Shown here: piece after piece, positions 9,823 to 19,435 of the stretch
How positions within the stretch are numbered: the first letter of the stretch is position 1
Layout: each line of letters starts with the position of its first letter
Assembly: GCA_050633305.1 (NCBI GenBank)
Contig: JBOEGF010000014.1
Coordinates: forward strand, 128,001-192,000
Length of the DNA stretch: 64,000 nucleotides
Origin: Nannocystales bacterium
GTDB taxonomy: Bacteria; Myxococcota_A; Polyangia; Nannocystales; Nannocystaceae
Direction of reading: 5' to 3'
Program-made: the position numbers and the translations under genes
Notes under the pieces: generated by a model
What the model was told of the DNA's origin: nothing
What the model saw: only the letters and a program-made list of their open reading frames with translations
Database searches by the model: none

Positions 9823-10353
9823 TCAGAGCCGGACGGTTTCGATCGACAGCGAGTCCTCGTCCGGGCTGTCACACAGGCCGGCCCACTCGGCCAGAAGATC
9901 GATGTGGATGTCGGTCACGGTCACGGTCTGACCTTCGGGGAGTGACTCCACCGAGACCTGCACAACCTGCTCTTGGCAGCGCTCACCGGACGCCTCCCAA
10001 TCGCGTTGGGTGTTGAGCGACACGTCCGACTCGGTCGCCGTCGTCGTCGCGTTGGTGACCTCGACGTATGACGAGCTGGTTCCACTCTCCTCCCCCGGGT
10101 CGAGCGTCTCGAGCGTGACCGCAACTTCCCCCTCGTTGGTGGACGTGGTCGCGTGAAAGCTGCTGTACATGTTCAGACCGTTGGGTGAGCCCTCGCTGAT
10201 GCACAGGGTCACCTCGAACGCGGCGACGGGATCGTCGGACGTAAGGACGACGTCCTCATCGATGTCGGCCGAGGTCTCGACTGTCCCCGGTTGGCAGGCC
10301 ATTGCGAGCCCAAAGAGCGCACAGAGGGTGTGGAGAGGCTTTCGTTGTGTCAT
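9823..10353 (-). CDS. hypothetical lipoprotein
   Basis: Lipobox LAMAC; acidic beta-rich mature region. Confidence 0.7.
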   Translation of the reverse strand: MTQRKPLHTLCALFGLAMACQPGTVETSADIDEDVVLTSDDPVAAFEVTLCISEGSPNGLNMYSSFHATTSTNEGEVAVTLETLDPGEESGTSSSYVEVTNATTTATESDVSLNTQRDWEASGERCQEQVVQVSVESLPEGQTVTVTDIHIDLLAEWAGLCDSPDEDSLSIETVRL

Positions 10354-10402
10354 GACAGCGCGCTCTTGCCCGAGGGACTCCGATCACTTGGGCGGCTCCA
10401 TC

Positions 10403-11461
10403 CTACCCCGGAGGGATGAATTCCTGGCAGGCAGTATCGATCTCGGAGATGGCTTGGGTGAAGAATTCGGCGTAGTTGCCCGCGCAGATCTCCCCTTCGG
10501 CGTGGTTTGTGAATCGTGTGCCGAAGTCGAGGATCCGACTGCCATGGTCGGCACAGCTCGAGCCGGGGAGCCCGACGAGGCTCAGCATCACGATGTTCGT
10601 CTCGATGTTGAACTTGTTGGTGACCAGCCGAGTGAACCACTCGTTGGGGCCGGCCGGGGTCCCGCCGTCGCACCCGAAGATCGGGACGCAGTCTTCCTCG
10701 TCCTCCTCATCCGTGATCAGGACGACGACCAGAAGTGCGTCATCCCGGAGGAAACCGTCATTGCACGCGCCTGGAGCGTTGCGTTCGGCGTCGGTGGCCC
10801 GCAGGACGCCGTGGACTTGCTCTTCGTCTCCACTGCCATCCGTGCCGACCTGTGCGGCGCAAGCAAAGGTGGAGGCGAGGTCAGGCTCGGTGTCGTCGAA
10901 CCAGCGAAACCCGCTGGAGTAGGGTCCGCACGGGCCGTTGCTGGAGTCCGCTCCACCCGTTTGGGTGACGAGGTCTCCGACACCCTGACATCCCGCTTCG
11001 TTGGGGCCATAGCTGTCAGAAGTCACGACGCCGATGTGGTAGCTCTCGGCGAACTGCAACGCCTCCTGGATGCCGGTCACGAATCCGGGGAAGGCAGCGA
11101 TCAGGTTGGCCTGCTCGCCGCCCATCGAGCCGGAGTTGTCGATCGCAAACAGGATGTCGACCTTGGTGCACTCGTCAGGCTCGCCCTGACTGATGTCGGG
11201 TGCCATGCCGAGGTCGAACTTCGGCTCGTCTCCTGTGGCGTCAACATCCGTGTCGGGGCGGTCGCCCGTGTCAGTCGAGATGTTGGCCGTGCTGCCGGAG
11301 TCTGGTCCATCGGTCGCGGACGCCGATGCGGACGCGGAACTCCCGAGTGTGACTCCTGTCGGCGTGGCTGCGCTCGTGCCTCGGCCCCCGTCCTCGTCCG
11401 AACACGCGAGACTCGTTGCAGCGATCCACAGGCCTATCTCGGTGATTCTCAAACGACGCAT
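10403..11461 (-). CDS. vWA-domain lipoprotein with S/T linker (myxobacterial type)
   Basis: SLAC lipobox, S/T/D linker, VDILFAIDNSGSM MIDAS, FLRDDALLVVVLITDEED; RBS GGAGAGGG. Confidence 0.85.
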   Translation of the reverse strand: MRRLRITEIGLWIAATSLACSDEDGGRGTSAATPTGVTLGSSASASASATDGPDSGSTANISTDTGDRPDTDVDATGDEPKFDLGMAPDISQGEPDECTKVDILFAIDNSGSMGGEQANLIAAFPGFVTGIQEALQFAESYHIGVVTSDSYGPNEAGCQGVGDLVTQTGGADSSNGPCGPYSSGFRWFDDTEPDLASTFACAAQVGTDGSGDEEQVHGVLRATDAERNAPGACNDGFLRDDALLVVVLITDEEDEEDCVPIFGCDGGTPAGPNEWFTRLVTNKFNIETNIVMLSLVGLPGSSCADHGSRILDFGTRFTNHAEGEICAGNYAEFFTQAISEIDTACQEFIPPG

Positions 11462-11685
11462 CTCGACACCCTCTCCGACGCAGCCAGTGTCGACGATCGC
11501 TGCGAGAGTCCGCAACTCGCGGCCCAGGTTGCCAGGAACAACCGCCTGAGTAGCGTTTCGAGGGCGATCCTGGGTGGTCTGGAGTTGGCTTGCTCAGGCC
11601 TTGGGCCAGCCGCCAGCTTTGAATCTCCGCCGTGTGTCGATGCGGCGGGCCCGTCGAGATCCGGTGTGTGCCCACATCCGTTGCG

Positions 11686-12591
11686 TCATCGCGTCGCAGC
11701 TGTGGCGGCGGGTTTGCTGCCGACGTCGAGGACCTCTACAAGAGCATCCGCCACGGCACGAACCCGTGGGACGAGCAGCGCACTCTTCGCAGAGACGAGG
11801 TGCATCTGGGCGTGCTTGTGCGCTCCGAGGTCGAGGGAGATCGGTCGTAGCCAGGAGAGTTGGGAGTTGGGGTGTCGGACGGCGGCCAGAATCATCGCAC
11901 CGGCGCCTTCGAGGCAGGCTCGAAGCTGGACGTTGAAATCGTCGCTCGCAAAAGACGGTTCGAAGTTGGGGATCAACGCTCGAAGCTGAGGGTTGGGTGG
12001 AATTTCGTCGAGATGACGGGGCCAGCCTATCCAGTCGATGTCCGCGAGCGTGCACTTGTCGGGAAGCCGCTCGACGTAGGCAGGGGAGGCGAACGCCCCA
12101 TTTTCGAACTCGAAGGTGCGTAGCGTGACGAGGTCCCGGGCATTGTTGGCCCGTCTGCGCAGGGCAAGATCGGCCTCGCGTCGTGCCAAATCCACGTAGC
12201 GGACGGCAGACAGAACTTCGAGTCGAATGCCCGGAAGCTGCTTGCGCAAGTTCGCTGCGAAAGGCGCGAGCAAGTCGAAAGCCAGCCCCGGCGGAGCAGA
12301 GACCCGGACGACCCCTTCGATCCGCGGTTCGGCGCGCTCGACTTGGCGATGAAGCTCGCTGGCCCAAAGGGACATGTTCCGGGCCGGTTCGAGCAGGGCT
12401 TGGCCTCGCGCCGTCAGCGTGGCGCCAGCGACACTACGCTCGAAGACCGCGAATCCGAGGCGATGCTCCAGGTCCCCGATGCGCCGACTCATTGTGGGCT
12501 GGCCGATCCGCAGTGCCTTGGCCCCCTTGGACATGCTCCCGTGTTCGGCCACCGCGAGGAACAGCCGTACGTCCTCCCAAGGGATATCCAT
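11686..12591 (-). CDS. LysR family transcriptional regulator
   Basis: WEDVRLFLAVAEHGSMSKGAKALRIGQPTMSRRIGDLE HTH; DLARREADLALR. Confidence 0.95.
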   Translation of the reverse strand: MDIPWEDVRLFLAVAEHGSMSKGAKALRIGQPTMSRRIGDLEHRLGFAVFERSVAGATLTARGQALLEPARNMSLWASELHRQVERAEPRIEGVVRVSAPPGLAFDLLAPFAANLRKQLPGIRLEVLSAVRYVDLARREADLALRRRANNARDLVTLRTFEFENGAFASPAYVERLPDKCTLADIDWIGWPRHLDEIPPNPQLRALIPNFEPSFASDDFNVQLRACLEGAGAMILAAVRHPNSQLSWLRPISLDLGAHKHAQMHLVSAKSALLVPRVRAVADALVEVLDVGSKPAATAATR

Positions 12592-12656
12592 ATTCGGATG
12601 TTAGCATCGTCGATATCACACTTAGCATCCAGATCCAGAGGGGGCAGAGTTGGAGC

Positions 12657-13610
12657 ATGAAGACGCGTGCAGCGGTGCTCATTCTCGGTCTACTGGCCTC
12701 TGGCTGCCGATCCTCAAATCATCCGGTCGTGCCTGCGAGCCTGGCCTCGAACCCGAATACAACGGCGACGATCACGCAGACCATGGACGAGCCGGGTCGG
12801 TGGACCGTGGAGACGATCAACGCCGCGGACTGGGCTGTGCCCTTGGGGGGCCTCGTAAATCTCAAGCACTCCGAGGCGAAAGCGGCGGGACTCGAGCCCC
12901 ACGACGAACCGATTCAGGTCTACTTCCACGCGCTGAGGCATCCCGAACATGGCCTGTTCATCGTGGACACGGGTGTGGAGGAGGCACAGGTCGAGGCGCC
13001 GGACGAGGCGGCCTTTCGGGGGGTGGTGGCGAAGGCACTGCCGGCGGACACGCTCGAGGTTCATGTTACGACCGCCGACTGGCTCGCCGACCAGCCCGAG
13101 CCGCTGGCGGGTGTCTTTCTCACGCATCTGCACCTCGATCACGTGATGGGGCTCCCTGACGTCCCTGTTGGAACCCCGATCTATCTCGGCCCGGGGGAGA
13201 CATCCGAGCGGAACCTGAGCAACGTGTTCATGAGAAAGGTGTTCCGGAGTGCCCTTGAAGGACATGATGCCGTCCGAGAGTGGCAGTTCTCCGAGGACCT
13301 CGACGGCCGGTTCGCGGGGGTCGTCGATGTGTTCGGCGACGCCTCTGTGTGGGCGATTCACGCTCCGGGACACACTCCCGGGTCGACGGCGTTCCTGGTG
13401 AGGACCGCTGAGGGGCCGGTGCTTCTGACCGGTGACGTCTCCCACACCGCATGGGGGTGGGAACACGGTGTCGAACCAGGGACGTACTCCAGCGACAAGG
13501 TCGCGAGTGCGCAGAGCTTTCATGCTCTGCGCGGGTTCGCGATGGAACACCCGACGCTTGATGTCCGCCTGGGACACCAGCCCGCGAACTCGGCTTCTGC
13601 GGGCCATTGA
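12657..13610 (+). CDS. metallo-beta-lactamase-fold hydrolase (AHL lactonase-like), lipoprotein
   Basis: THLHLDHVMG, PGHTPG, LTGD and C-terminal GH; lipobox ASGC; divergent from LysR; GGAG RBS. Confidence 0.88.
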   Translation: MKTRAAVLILGLLASGCRSSNHPVVPASLASNPNTTATITQTMDEPGRWTVETINAADWAVPLGGLVNLKHSEAKAAGLEPHDEPIQVYFHALRHPEHGLFIVDTGVEEAQVEAPDEAAFRGVVAKALPADTLEVHVTTADWLADQPEPLAGVFLTHLHLDHVMGLPDVPVGTPIYLGPGETSERNLSNVFMRKVFRSALEGHDAVREWQFSEDLDGRFAGVVDVFGDASVWAIHAPGHTPGSTAFLVRTAEGPVLLTGDVSHTAWGWEHGVEPGTYSSDKVASAQSFHALRGFAMEHPTLDVRLGHQPANSASAGH

Positions 13611-13629
13611 AGACGTCCTCGCTCAGGCC

Positions 13630-13788
13630 TCACGTCCGGCACCGACGACCCGCGGATAGAGCCGACCTTCCAGACATCGTCCCGCGGACCTGCGACGCAT
13701 TGGGCTCGCAGCGCATGAACTGAGGCCCGCCGACACGCTCGAGGACCCACGGAAAGACCCTGTCGGCGTAGCAGCGACGCTGGCCCAT
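13630..13788 (-). pseudogene. decayed 5' fragment of a class I SAM methyltransferase
   Basis: ATG overlaps the lactonase stop (TGATG). It reads MGQRRCYADRVFPWVLERVGGPQF...QVRG, then frameshifted DNA (gatgtc tggaa ggtcggc) matching DV-LE-VG of SAM motif I, then collapses. Confidence 0.55.
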
Positions 13789-15062
13789 CATCGTGCTGGG
13801 GGCAGCTCGACGCCGAGTACCCATTGCGCGTTGGCGCCCACGTCGTACGTGTCCCCGGGGGTGAGGTTGCCATCGGCTTCGATCGTGTAACCCGCGAGTA
13901 AGCCGCTGTCCTGGCCAGCCGCGTAGACGAAGTTGCCGAAGGGGTCGAGTCCGAACTCCCGGGGCCGAGGTTCGGTCGACACGTTCGTCTGGTACGTGAG
14001 GCTGCCGTCGCCGCCGACCGAAAACACCGCGAGGGAGTCGTCGCCCCTCATCGAAGCGTAGACGTAAGAACCGTCGAGTGAGACGTGGACGTCGGCGCCC
14101 GTGTTGTCGCCCTTGAAGTCGGCGGGTAGTGCCGAGACGGTGTCTGCCAGGGTGAGCGTTCCAGACGCAGCGTCATAGGCGTAGTGGGAGACGGAACTCG
14201 CAAACTCGTTGACGACGTATGCGTTGCTGGCATCCGGTGCGAACGCGATATGCCGAGGCCCTGCGCCCTCGGGTGCCGCCACGCTTGGAGAGTCGTTCGC
14301 AGTGAGCGTCCCGGTGGTGTCGTCGAAGGTGTACTGCTCGATCAGGTTGCTGTCTCGGTGCGGTACGAATACGTGGGTGCCGGCGGGGTCGAACTCGATC
14401 GCATGAGGACGAGCCTGAACCGTCATCGACTGAGACGGCATGTCTCCGACCGTGCCGTCCGCCCCGAGCGGCCGAATCTGGACGAGGTCAGCACCGAAGT
14501 CGGCGCTCAAGAGCCAGCTTCCGGTCGGGTCGACGCTCAGGTAGACGGGCGTGTGGCCCACGGGAGTCGCGCCCACCTCGGTGAGGGTACCGGTGACGGG
14601 GTCGACCGAGAAGGTGGCGACGGATTGCTCTGCGGTTCTTGCGGCGTAGAGAAACGCAGCGTCGTAGTGGGCCAGCGGACCGACGTTTGTGCCTTGGTCC
14701 GCGCTCTGAACCTGCGAGAGCGCACCGGCTGCGTCGACGCTCCACACACTGACAGCGTTGCCGCCTGCCACGTAGATCCGAGGGGCACCCTGTGGAAGGT
14801 CGCCCCCTGTCGAGCTGCTGCCCGCGGGATCGGAGCTGGTCGACGACTCCCCGAGCGTGGGATCGGTTGCGGAGGATGTCGTCGGTGGCCCGCTCGGGTC
14901 GGTCGGGCTGTCACCACCGGTGCTCGCCCCGGGGGATGAATCCGAGGTTGGCGTCGAGCTTGCTCCACTTGCCGAGACTGAACTGTCGGTATCGGCGGGT
15001 ACGCCATCGTCACTGCAACCCAAGAGTAGGGCCATCGCCCAAAGACAATTGCGCTTCAACAT
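13788..15062 (-). CDS. lactonase-family (6-phosphogluconolactonase-like) beta-propeller lipoprotein
   Basis: PHAIEFDP, GAGPRHIAF, GADVHVSLDGSYVYASMRG, PREFGLDP; lipobox LLGC plus S/T linker. Confidence 0.88.
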   Translation of the reverse strand: MLKRNCLWAMALLLGCSDDGVPADTDSSVSASGASSTPTSDSSPGASTGGDSPTDPSGPPTTSSATDPTLGESSTSSDPAGSSSTGGDLPQGAPRIYVAGGNAVSVWSVDAAGALSQVQSADQGTNVGPLAHYDAAFLYAARTAEQSVATFSVDPVTGTLTEVGATPVGHTPVYLSVDPTGSWLLSADFGADLVQIRPLGADGTVGDMPSQSMTVQARPHAIEFDPAGTHVFVPHRDSNLIEQYTFDDTTGTLTANDSPSVAAPEGAGPRHIAFAPDASNAYVVNEFASSVSHYAYDAASGTLTLADTVSALPADFKGDNTGADVHVSLDGSYVYASMRGDDSLAVFSVGGDGSLTYQTNVSTEPRPREFGLDPFGNFVYAAGQDSGLLAGYTIEADGNLTPGDTYDVGANAQWVLGVELPPAR

Positions 15063-15187
15063 ATGCCGCTCACGGTAGTCAGACCCCGCAGGGGTGTCCA
15101 ACTCTGAGGTTGCCGGCCGCTGGTCCCATAGGGCGCGGACTCTGCACGGTTGCGCTCGTAGCACGGTGCTGCGCAGGATCCGTAGCG

Positions 15188-16360
15188 ATGGCAGTCTTGC
15201 AGGAGCATCGCATCGACTTCAACAGCTGGTGCAGGGATGAGCTGTTCACTCCCGAGGTCCGGCAGGCCACACGGTTGATCAACCGCTACTGCGACCTTCA
15301 GCTCGCAGCGATGTATCGCGACTTGGAGTTAGGTCCCATGTTGCGAGAGCCTCAGAAAGCGTCGGACCTGACGGCGCAGTTGGGGTTTGTGGACAACGCC
15401 TCGATCGCTCTTCGGGACGCTCTGCGCCGGATGGGAGAGCGGAGTGGAACGGTCCGCGTCGAGGGGGATCCGCTGGAGGAGACCTTCACGCATGTCGAAG
15501 GGCCGAGCGATCCCACGCAGGAACTCGCCGAGGTGCGCGGCGAGGTCGCGGCCCTAGGGCCCGACTACACGGCGGCCACTGACTTTCTAGACTTCGGCCG
15601 AGCGAGCCTCATCAAGTCGCTCAAGGACGACCCCGACTACATGGACAAGCTCCTGTCCGGGAGGATGAAGGACTTCGCGGAGCTCTGGCACCGGGCAACC
15701 AACGCCGACCCGCTGCAGGACCTGCACGGCGCCATGGGTGCTCGGGTGTTGGAGAGGATGCTCGACGGAGGGGCCGTGCTCGAGATCGGGGGTGGGACGG
15801 GGAACGGAGCCCGCCACCTGTTCGGGTTGCTGGAGGCGCACGGCAGCCTCGGCAAAGTCGGCAAGTACATCTTCACCGACATCTCGATGCGGTTCGTCCT
15901 GTCCTCCAAACACGAGTTTGAGAAGCAGTACCCGTCGGTCGACTGGGGGTGGAAGTTCTTTGATCTCAACAAACCGTTTGGCCCGCAGAAGGTCGAGCCG
16001 GCGTCGGTCGACATCATCTATGCCGTCAATGCGGCTCACGTCGCCAAGGACATCGTGGGGTTCCTCCAGGGCTGCCGCGAAGCGCTGCGGCCAGGGGGCC
16101 ACGTGGTGTTTGCCGAGCGAATCCGCATGAACCAGTACGAGATGGCCCCGCGCGAGTTCACTCTGAACTTGTCCGTGTACCACCGCAGCGCCCCGCAGAA
16201 AGCCGACTACCGACCGATGCACTGCTACCTTCACCCCGACAACTGGCGGGCCGTGATGGACAAGGCTGGGTTCTCCACGTGTGACGTGTTGCCGGACCTG
16301 GACGCACTCAAGACCGACTTCCCCGATCAGTACGCCGCCGTCATCGTCGCCCAAAAGTAG
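15188..16360 (+). CDS. class I SAM-dependent methyltransferase, PKS C-methyltransferase-like, stand-alone
   Basis: VLEIGGGTGNGA, YIFTDIS, FFDLNKP, VDIIYAVNAAHVAKD, LRPGGHVVFAE, plus a helical N-terminal subdomain. Confidence 0.85.
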   Translation: MAVLQEHRIDFNSWCRDELFTPEVRQATRLINRYCDLQLAAMYRDLELGPMLREPQKASDLTAQLGFVDNASIALRDALRRMGERSGTVRVEGDPLEETFTHVEGPSDPTQELAEVRGEVAALGPDYTAATDFLDFGRASLIKSLKDDPDYMDKLLSGRMKDFAELWHRATNADPLQDLHGAMGARVLERMLDGGAVLEIGGGTGNGARHLFGLLEAHGSLGKVGKYIFTDISMRFVLSSKHEFEKQYPSVDWGWKFFDLNKPFGPQKVEPASVDIIYAVNAAHVAKDIVGFLQGCREALRPGGHVVFAERIRMNQYEMAPREFTLNLSVYHRSAPQKADYRPMHCYLHPDNWRAVMDKAGFSTCDVLPDLDALKTDFPDQYAAVIVAQK

Positions 16361-16367
16361 CGGGCGC

Positions 16368-16802
16368 TCAGGCGCGCTTGATCGGCAGCACCCGCGGGAG
16401 TTCGTCGCGAAGCAGCAACTCGCGGAGCGCCGCGACGTCGATGTTCCACGGGCCGAAGTCGAGCGTCTCGCAGAGACCGTCGAGGTGGCGTTGTGCGCCG
16501 CGGCGGTGACTTGCGACGCCGCGTTCGGAGCCATCGCGCCGTTTCACGTGGGCCGCCGTCGTTCGGATGAGCGCCCGAACGAGGGATTCGAAAGGGGAGC
16601 CATCTTCAGCGACGTGCCAAACATGCTCCCAAGCTTCGTGCGCTTCCCAGAAGTAATCCGCGTGAAAGAGGTCGACGCCGCCTGCGAACAGGTCTTGGGT
16701 GCTCCACAGCTGAGGTCCGGCCTCCTCGGGCCGCGTGCCGTACCCCGGCCGATACGGCGCGTGCTCGGGGAGTGGGCGCTGGGGGAGCAGCCGGCGGGGC
16801 AT
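16368..16802 (-). CDS. DUF309 domain protein
   Basis: GVDLFHADYFWEAHEAWEHVW. Confidence 0.85.
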   Translation of the reverse strand: MPRRLLPQRPLPEHAPYRPGYGTRPEEAGPQLWSTQDLFAGGVDLFHADYFWEAHEAWEHVWHVAEDGSPFESLVRALIRTTAAHVKRRDGSERGVASHRRGAQRHLDGLCETLDFGPWNIDVAALRELLLRDELPRVLPIKRA

Positions 16803-16804
16803 GG

Positions 16805-17089
16805 CTAGTCCTCGACCTCGACACCTTTCCAAAACGCGACGTGGTCCTTGATCTCGCTCGCGGCCGCTTTTGGATTCGGGTAGGTCCACGCGGCGTTCTC
16901 ATTGACCTGACCGGCGACCTCGAGGCTGTAGTAGCTCGCATCGCCTTTCCAGGGACAATGGCTCCGGTGCTCCGTCGCCTTGAAGTGTTCTTGCTTCAGA
17001 GAGTCGGCGGGGAAGTAGTGGTTGCCCTCGACGACCACGGTCGCATCGCTTTCGGCGAGGAGGGTTCCGTTCCAGGTTGCGCGTGCCAT
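16805..17089 (-). CDS. DUF427 domain protein
   Basis: LAESDATVVVEGNHYFP...SHCPWKGDASYY...AAWTYPNP...IKDHVAFWKGV. Confidence 0.92.
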   Translation of the reverse strand: MARATWNGTLLAESDATVVVEGNHYFPADSLKQEHFKATEHRSHCPWKGDASYYSLEVAGQVNENAAWTYPNPKAAASEIKDHVAFWKGVEVED

Positions 17090-17272
17090 GCCTTCGGGAG
17101 CGTACGCGGCTGGGGCGAAGTTACGGCAGGGTCCGGCGGGGAAGGCGGGTCGGGTCGCGAGGCCGGCAGCCGCGCGGTCGCCCGGGGAGCGTGGGCATCG
17201 CGCCAGAGCCCGCATTCGGCCGTGAAATGGCGTTGTCGTCGCCGCAGCCCAGGTATGGGGTACCCTCGGGCT

Positions 17273-18172
17273 ATGGATTCGATGCAGCGCTACACAGCGC
17301 CTTGTCTTGCCGTGATGCTGAGCCTGGGGTGTGGGGACCCCGATTCAGCGGGGGAGGATACCGACACTTCCGACGCCGGGACCGGCTCCGAGTCGACGTC
17401 GGCCGATGGACCGACGGGCGGAACCGACACGCAAACCGACACGGCAAACGAAGACGGCTCCACAGACGGCTCATCGGCCGATGAAACCGGTGACTCGACG
17501 GATGACCCGACCGAAGGCGCTTCTGACTGCGACTTCTCCGAGGACTTTGAAGGTGTGGCCAACGGAGATCCGTGGCCGGCGACTTGGGTGCCAGTTGGAG
17601 GGGTCGCGTTGGCCGACGTCCAGGATGGCTGGGGTCGGCTCCGGCCAGAGCTCAGCGACTACTCGCTTGCACGGATGGTGACGTTCATCGACTGTCCAGA
17701 GATCGACACGTCGCTGACGTTCATGTTCACCGATCAAGATACGCAAGGCGTCGGGTTGTATGCCCGACAAAACGGCGGACACTTGCGCGAGACCGATCCG
17801 TTTGGCGAAGGGTATGCCGCGTTCTCCGAGTCGTTTCGCGACCCCGCGGGCATCGGCGCCTGGAGAGAGGTCGAGGGCCAAGAGCAGCGGATCGACAACA
17901 CCGAGCGCTTCGACATCCAAGCGAACGTGGCGTACCGGATGCGTCTTCGTGTGACGCAAGTGGATGACGCGACGAGCTTGCTGCAAGGAAAAATCTGGGC
18001 GCTCTCGGATTCGGAGCCCGATGCGTGGACGGTCGAGCGGATGGACAACACGGCGTCACTCCAGGGAGTGGGCGGCGCGCTCGCGGTGGACGCTTGGGCG
18101 CGTGCTGCGGCTCAAGGCAGCGCTGCTGCCGACTTGTTGGTCGACGATATCGTCTCGGCAGCTGCGGACTGA
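17273..18172 (+). CDS. lipoprotein with S/T/D linker and beta-sandwich (concanavalin-like) C-terminal domain, paralogue A
   Basis: Lipobox SLGC; C-domain starts CDFSEDFEG; closely similar to the next gene. Confidence 0.8.
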   Translation: MDSMQRYTAPCLAVMLSLGCGDPDSAGEDTDTSDAGTGSESTSADGPTGGTDTQTDTANEDGSTDGSSADETGDSTDDPTEGASDCDFSEDFEGVANGDPWPATWVPVGGVALADVQDGWGRLRPELSDYSLARMVTFIDCPEIDTSLTFMFTDQDTQGVGLYARQNGGHLRETDPFGEGYAAFSESFRDPAGIGAWREVEGQEQRIDNTERFDIQANVAYRMRLRVTQVDDATSLLQGKIWALSDSEPDAWTVERMDNTASLQGVGGALAVDAWARAAAQGSAAADLLVDDIVSAAAD

Positions 18173-18260
18173 AGACTGACCCAAAATGCGACGATGTCGG
18201 GGTGACCCCGACGTCAGGTCGCCCCGACGTTCCTGGGCGTTGTTCGGGTACCATCGAGAC

Positions 18261-19418
18261 GTGGATTGGGACGCCTGGTTCGCGGCGCGGAGCACCCCAT
18301 GTCTCCTCGCCGTACTCCTCGTAGCCTGCGATGCCGGGGCCGTCCCGTCCCGAGCGGACACCAGCTCCGGAACGACGGGCGCGGACCCTCTTTTTTCGTC
18401 CTCGACGACAGTCCCCAGCACCAGCACGGACGGCACATCCGAGGTCGAGAGCACGACCGGCGGGGGGCAATCGCCGACCGAGCCCGGCACCGCGACCGGG
18501 AGCATGACGACACACGGGACGACGTCCGAGGGCAGCACAGGCACGGGGGATGAAACGACGACGGGCAGGGAAACCCGCGGTGGGGGGACCAGCGGTTCCT
18601 CGACCGAGTCGTCATCCTCAACTTCGGCCGTGACGTCGACGACGAGCGAGACGACGACGAGCGAGACGACCGCGGGCGGGACGAGTACGGGCGGGACGAG
18701 TACGGGCGGGACGACAGCGGGCGAGACGAGTACGGGCGAGGTCCCGACCGGCACGACCGGTGAGGACGACGACCCGTGCACCTTCAGTGAGGACTTCGAG
18801 GGCTACGCCGACGGTTCGCCGTGGCCTCCGGGTTGGACCAGCAGCGGCGGAGTCGAGCTCGCGGACATCGAAGGCGGGTGGGCCCGGCTTCGACCCTTAC
18901 TCACGGACTACTCCCTTGGGCGGATGGTTCGCGCGCTCCCGTGTGTCGAGCCTGATGTATCGCTCACCTTCATGTTCACGGCGGCCGAGGCCCAGGGCAT
19001 CGGGCTGTACACTCGTCACAACGGTAGCTACCTCCTCGAGGGGGTCCCACCGGGACGGGGCTACTCGGCCTTCGCGGAGTCGTTCCGAGATCCGCACGGC
19101 ATCGGCGTGTGGCGTGAAGTCGGGGGGACCGAGCAACAGCTCGCGCATCAGCCTGCAACGGTCGAGGCGGATGTGGAGTATCGCATGCGCTACCGTGTCA
19201 CCCAGCAGGATCCGTACACAGCGCTGCTCCAGGCCAAGTTGTGGCCGGTCGGTGAGCCCGAACCGGCGGATTGGATGGTGGAGAGCACGGACGACGCGCT
19301 GTCGCTCCAAGCCGTGTCGGGCCGGATGACGGTGGATGCGTGGGTCAGTGAGGAGTTCAACGGCCCTGTGGCACCCGACTTGCTGATCGATGACATTGTG
19401 GTGGCCCCGGCGTTGTAA
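18261..19418 (+). CDS. lipoprotein with long T/S/G linker and the same beta-sandwich domain, paralogue B
   Basis: Lipobox LVAC; CTFSEDFEG...SLTFMFT...ESFRDP.GIG.WREV.G.EQ shared with paralogue A. GTG start supported by TACCAT 6 nt upstream. Confidence 0.8.
   Translation: MDWDAWFAARSTPCLLAVLLVACDAGAVPSRADTSSGTTGADPLFSSSTTVPSTSTDGTSEVESTTGGGQSPTEPGTATGSMTTHGTTSEGSTGTGDETTTGRETRGGGTSGSSTESSSSTSAVTSTTSETTTSETTAGGTSTGGTSTGGTTAGETSTGEVPTGTTGEDDDPCTFSEDFEGYADGSPWPPGWTSSGGVELADIEGGWARLRPLLTDYSLGRMVRALPCVEPDVSLTFMFTAAEAQGIGLYTRHNGSYLLEGVPPGRGYSAFAESFRDPHGIGVWREVGGTEQQLAHQPATVEADVEYRMRYRVTQQDPYTALLQAKLWPVGEPEPADWMVESTDDALSLQAVSGRMTVDAWVSEEFNGPVAPDLLIDDIVVAPAL
18645..18740 (+). repeat. in-frame 15-bp tandem repeats encoding TSETT/TSTGG linker
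   Basis: Repeated acgagtacgggcggg and acgagcgagacgacg units. Confidence 0.8.
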
Positions 19419-19435
19419 AACGTCGACGGCTCTAC

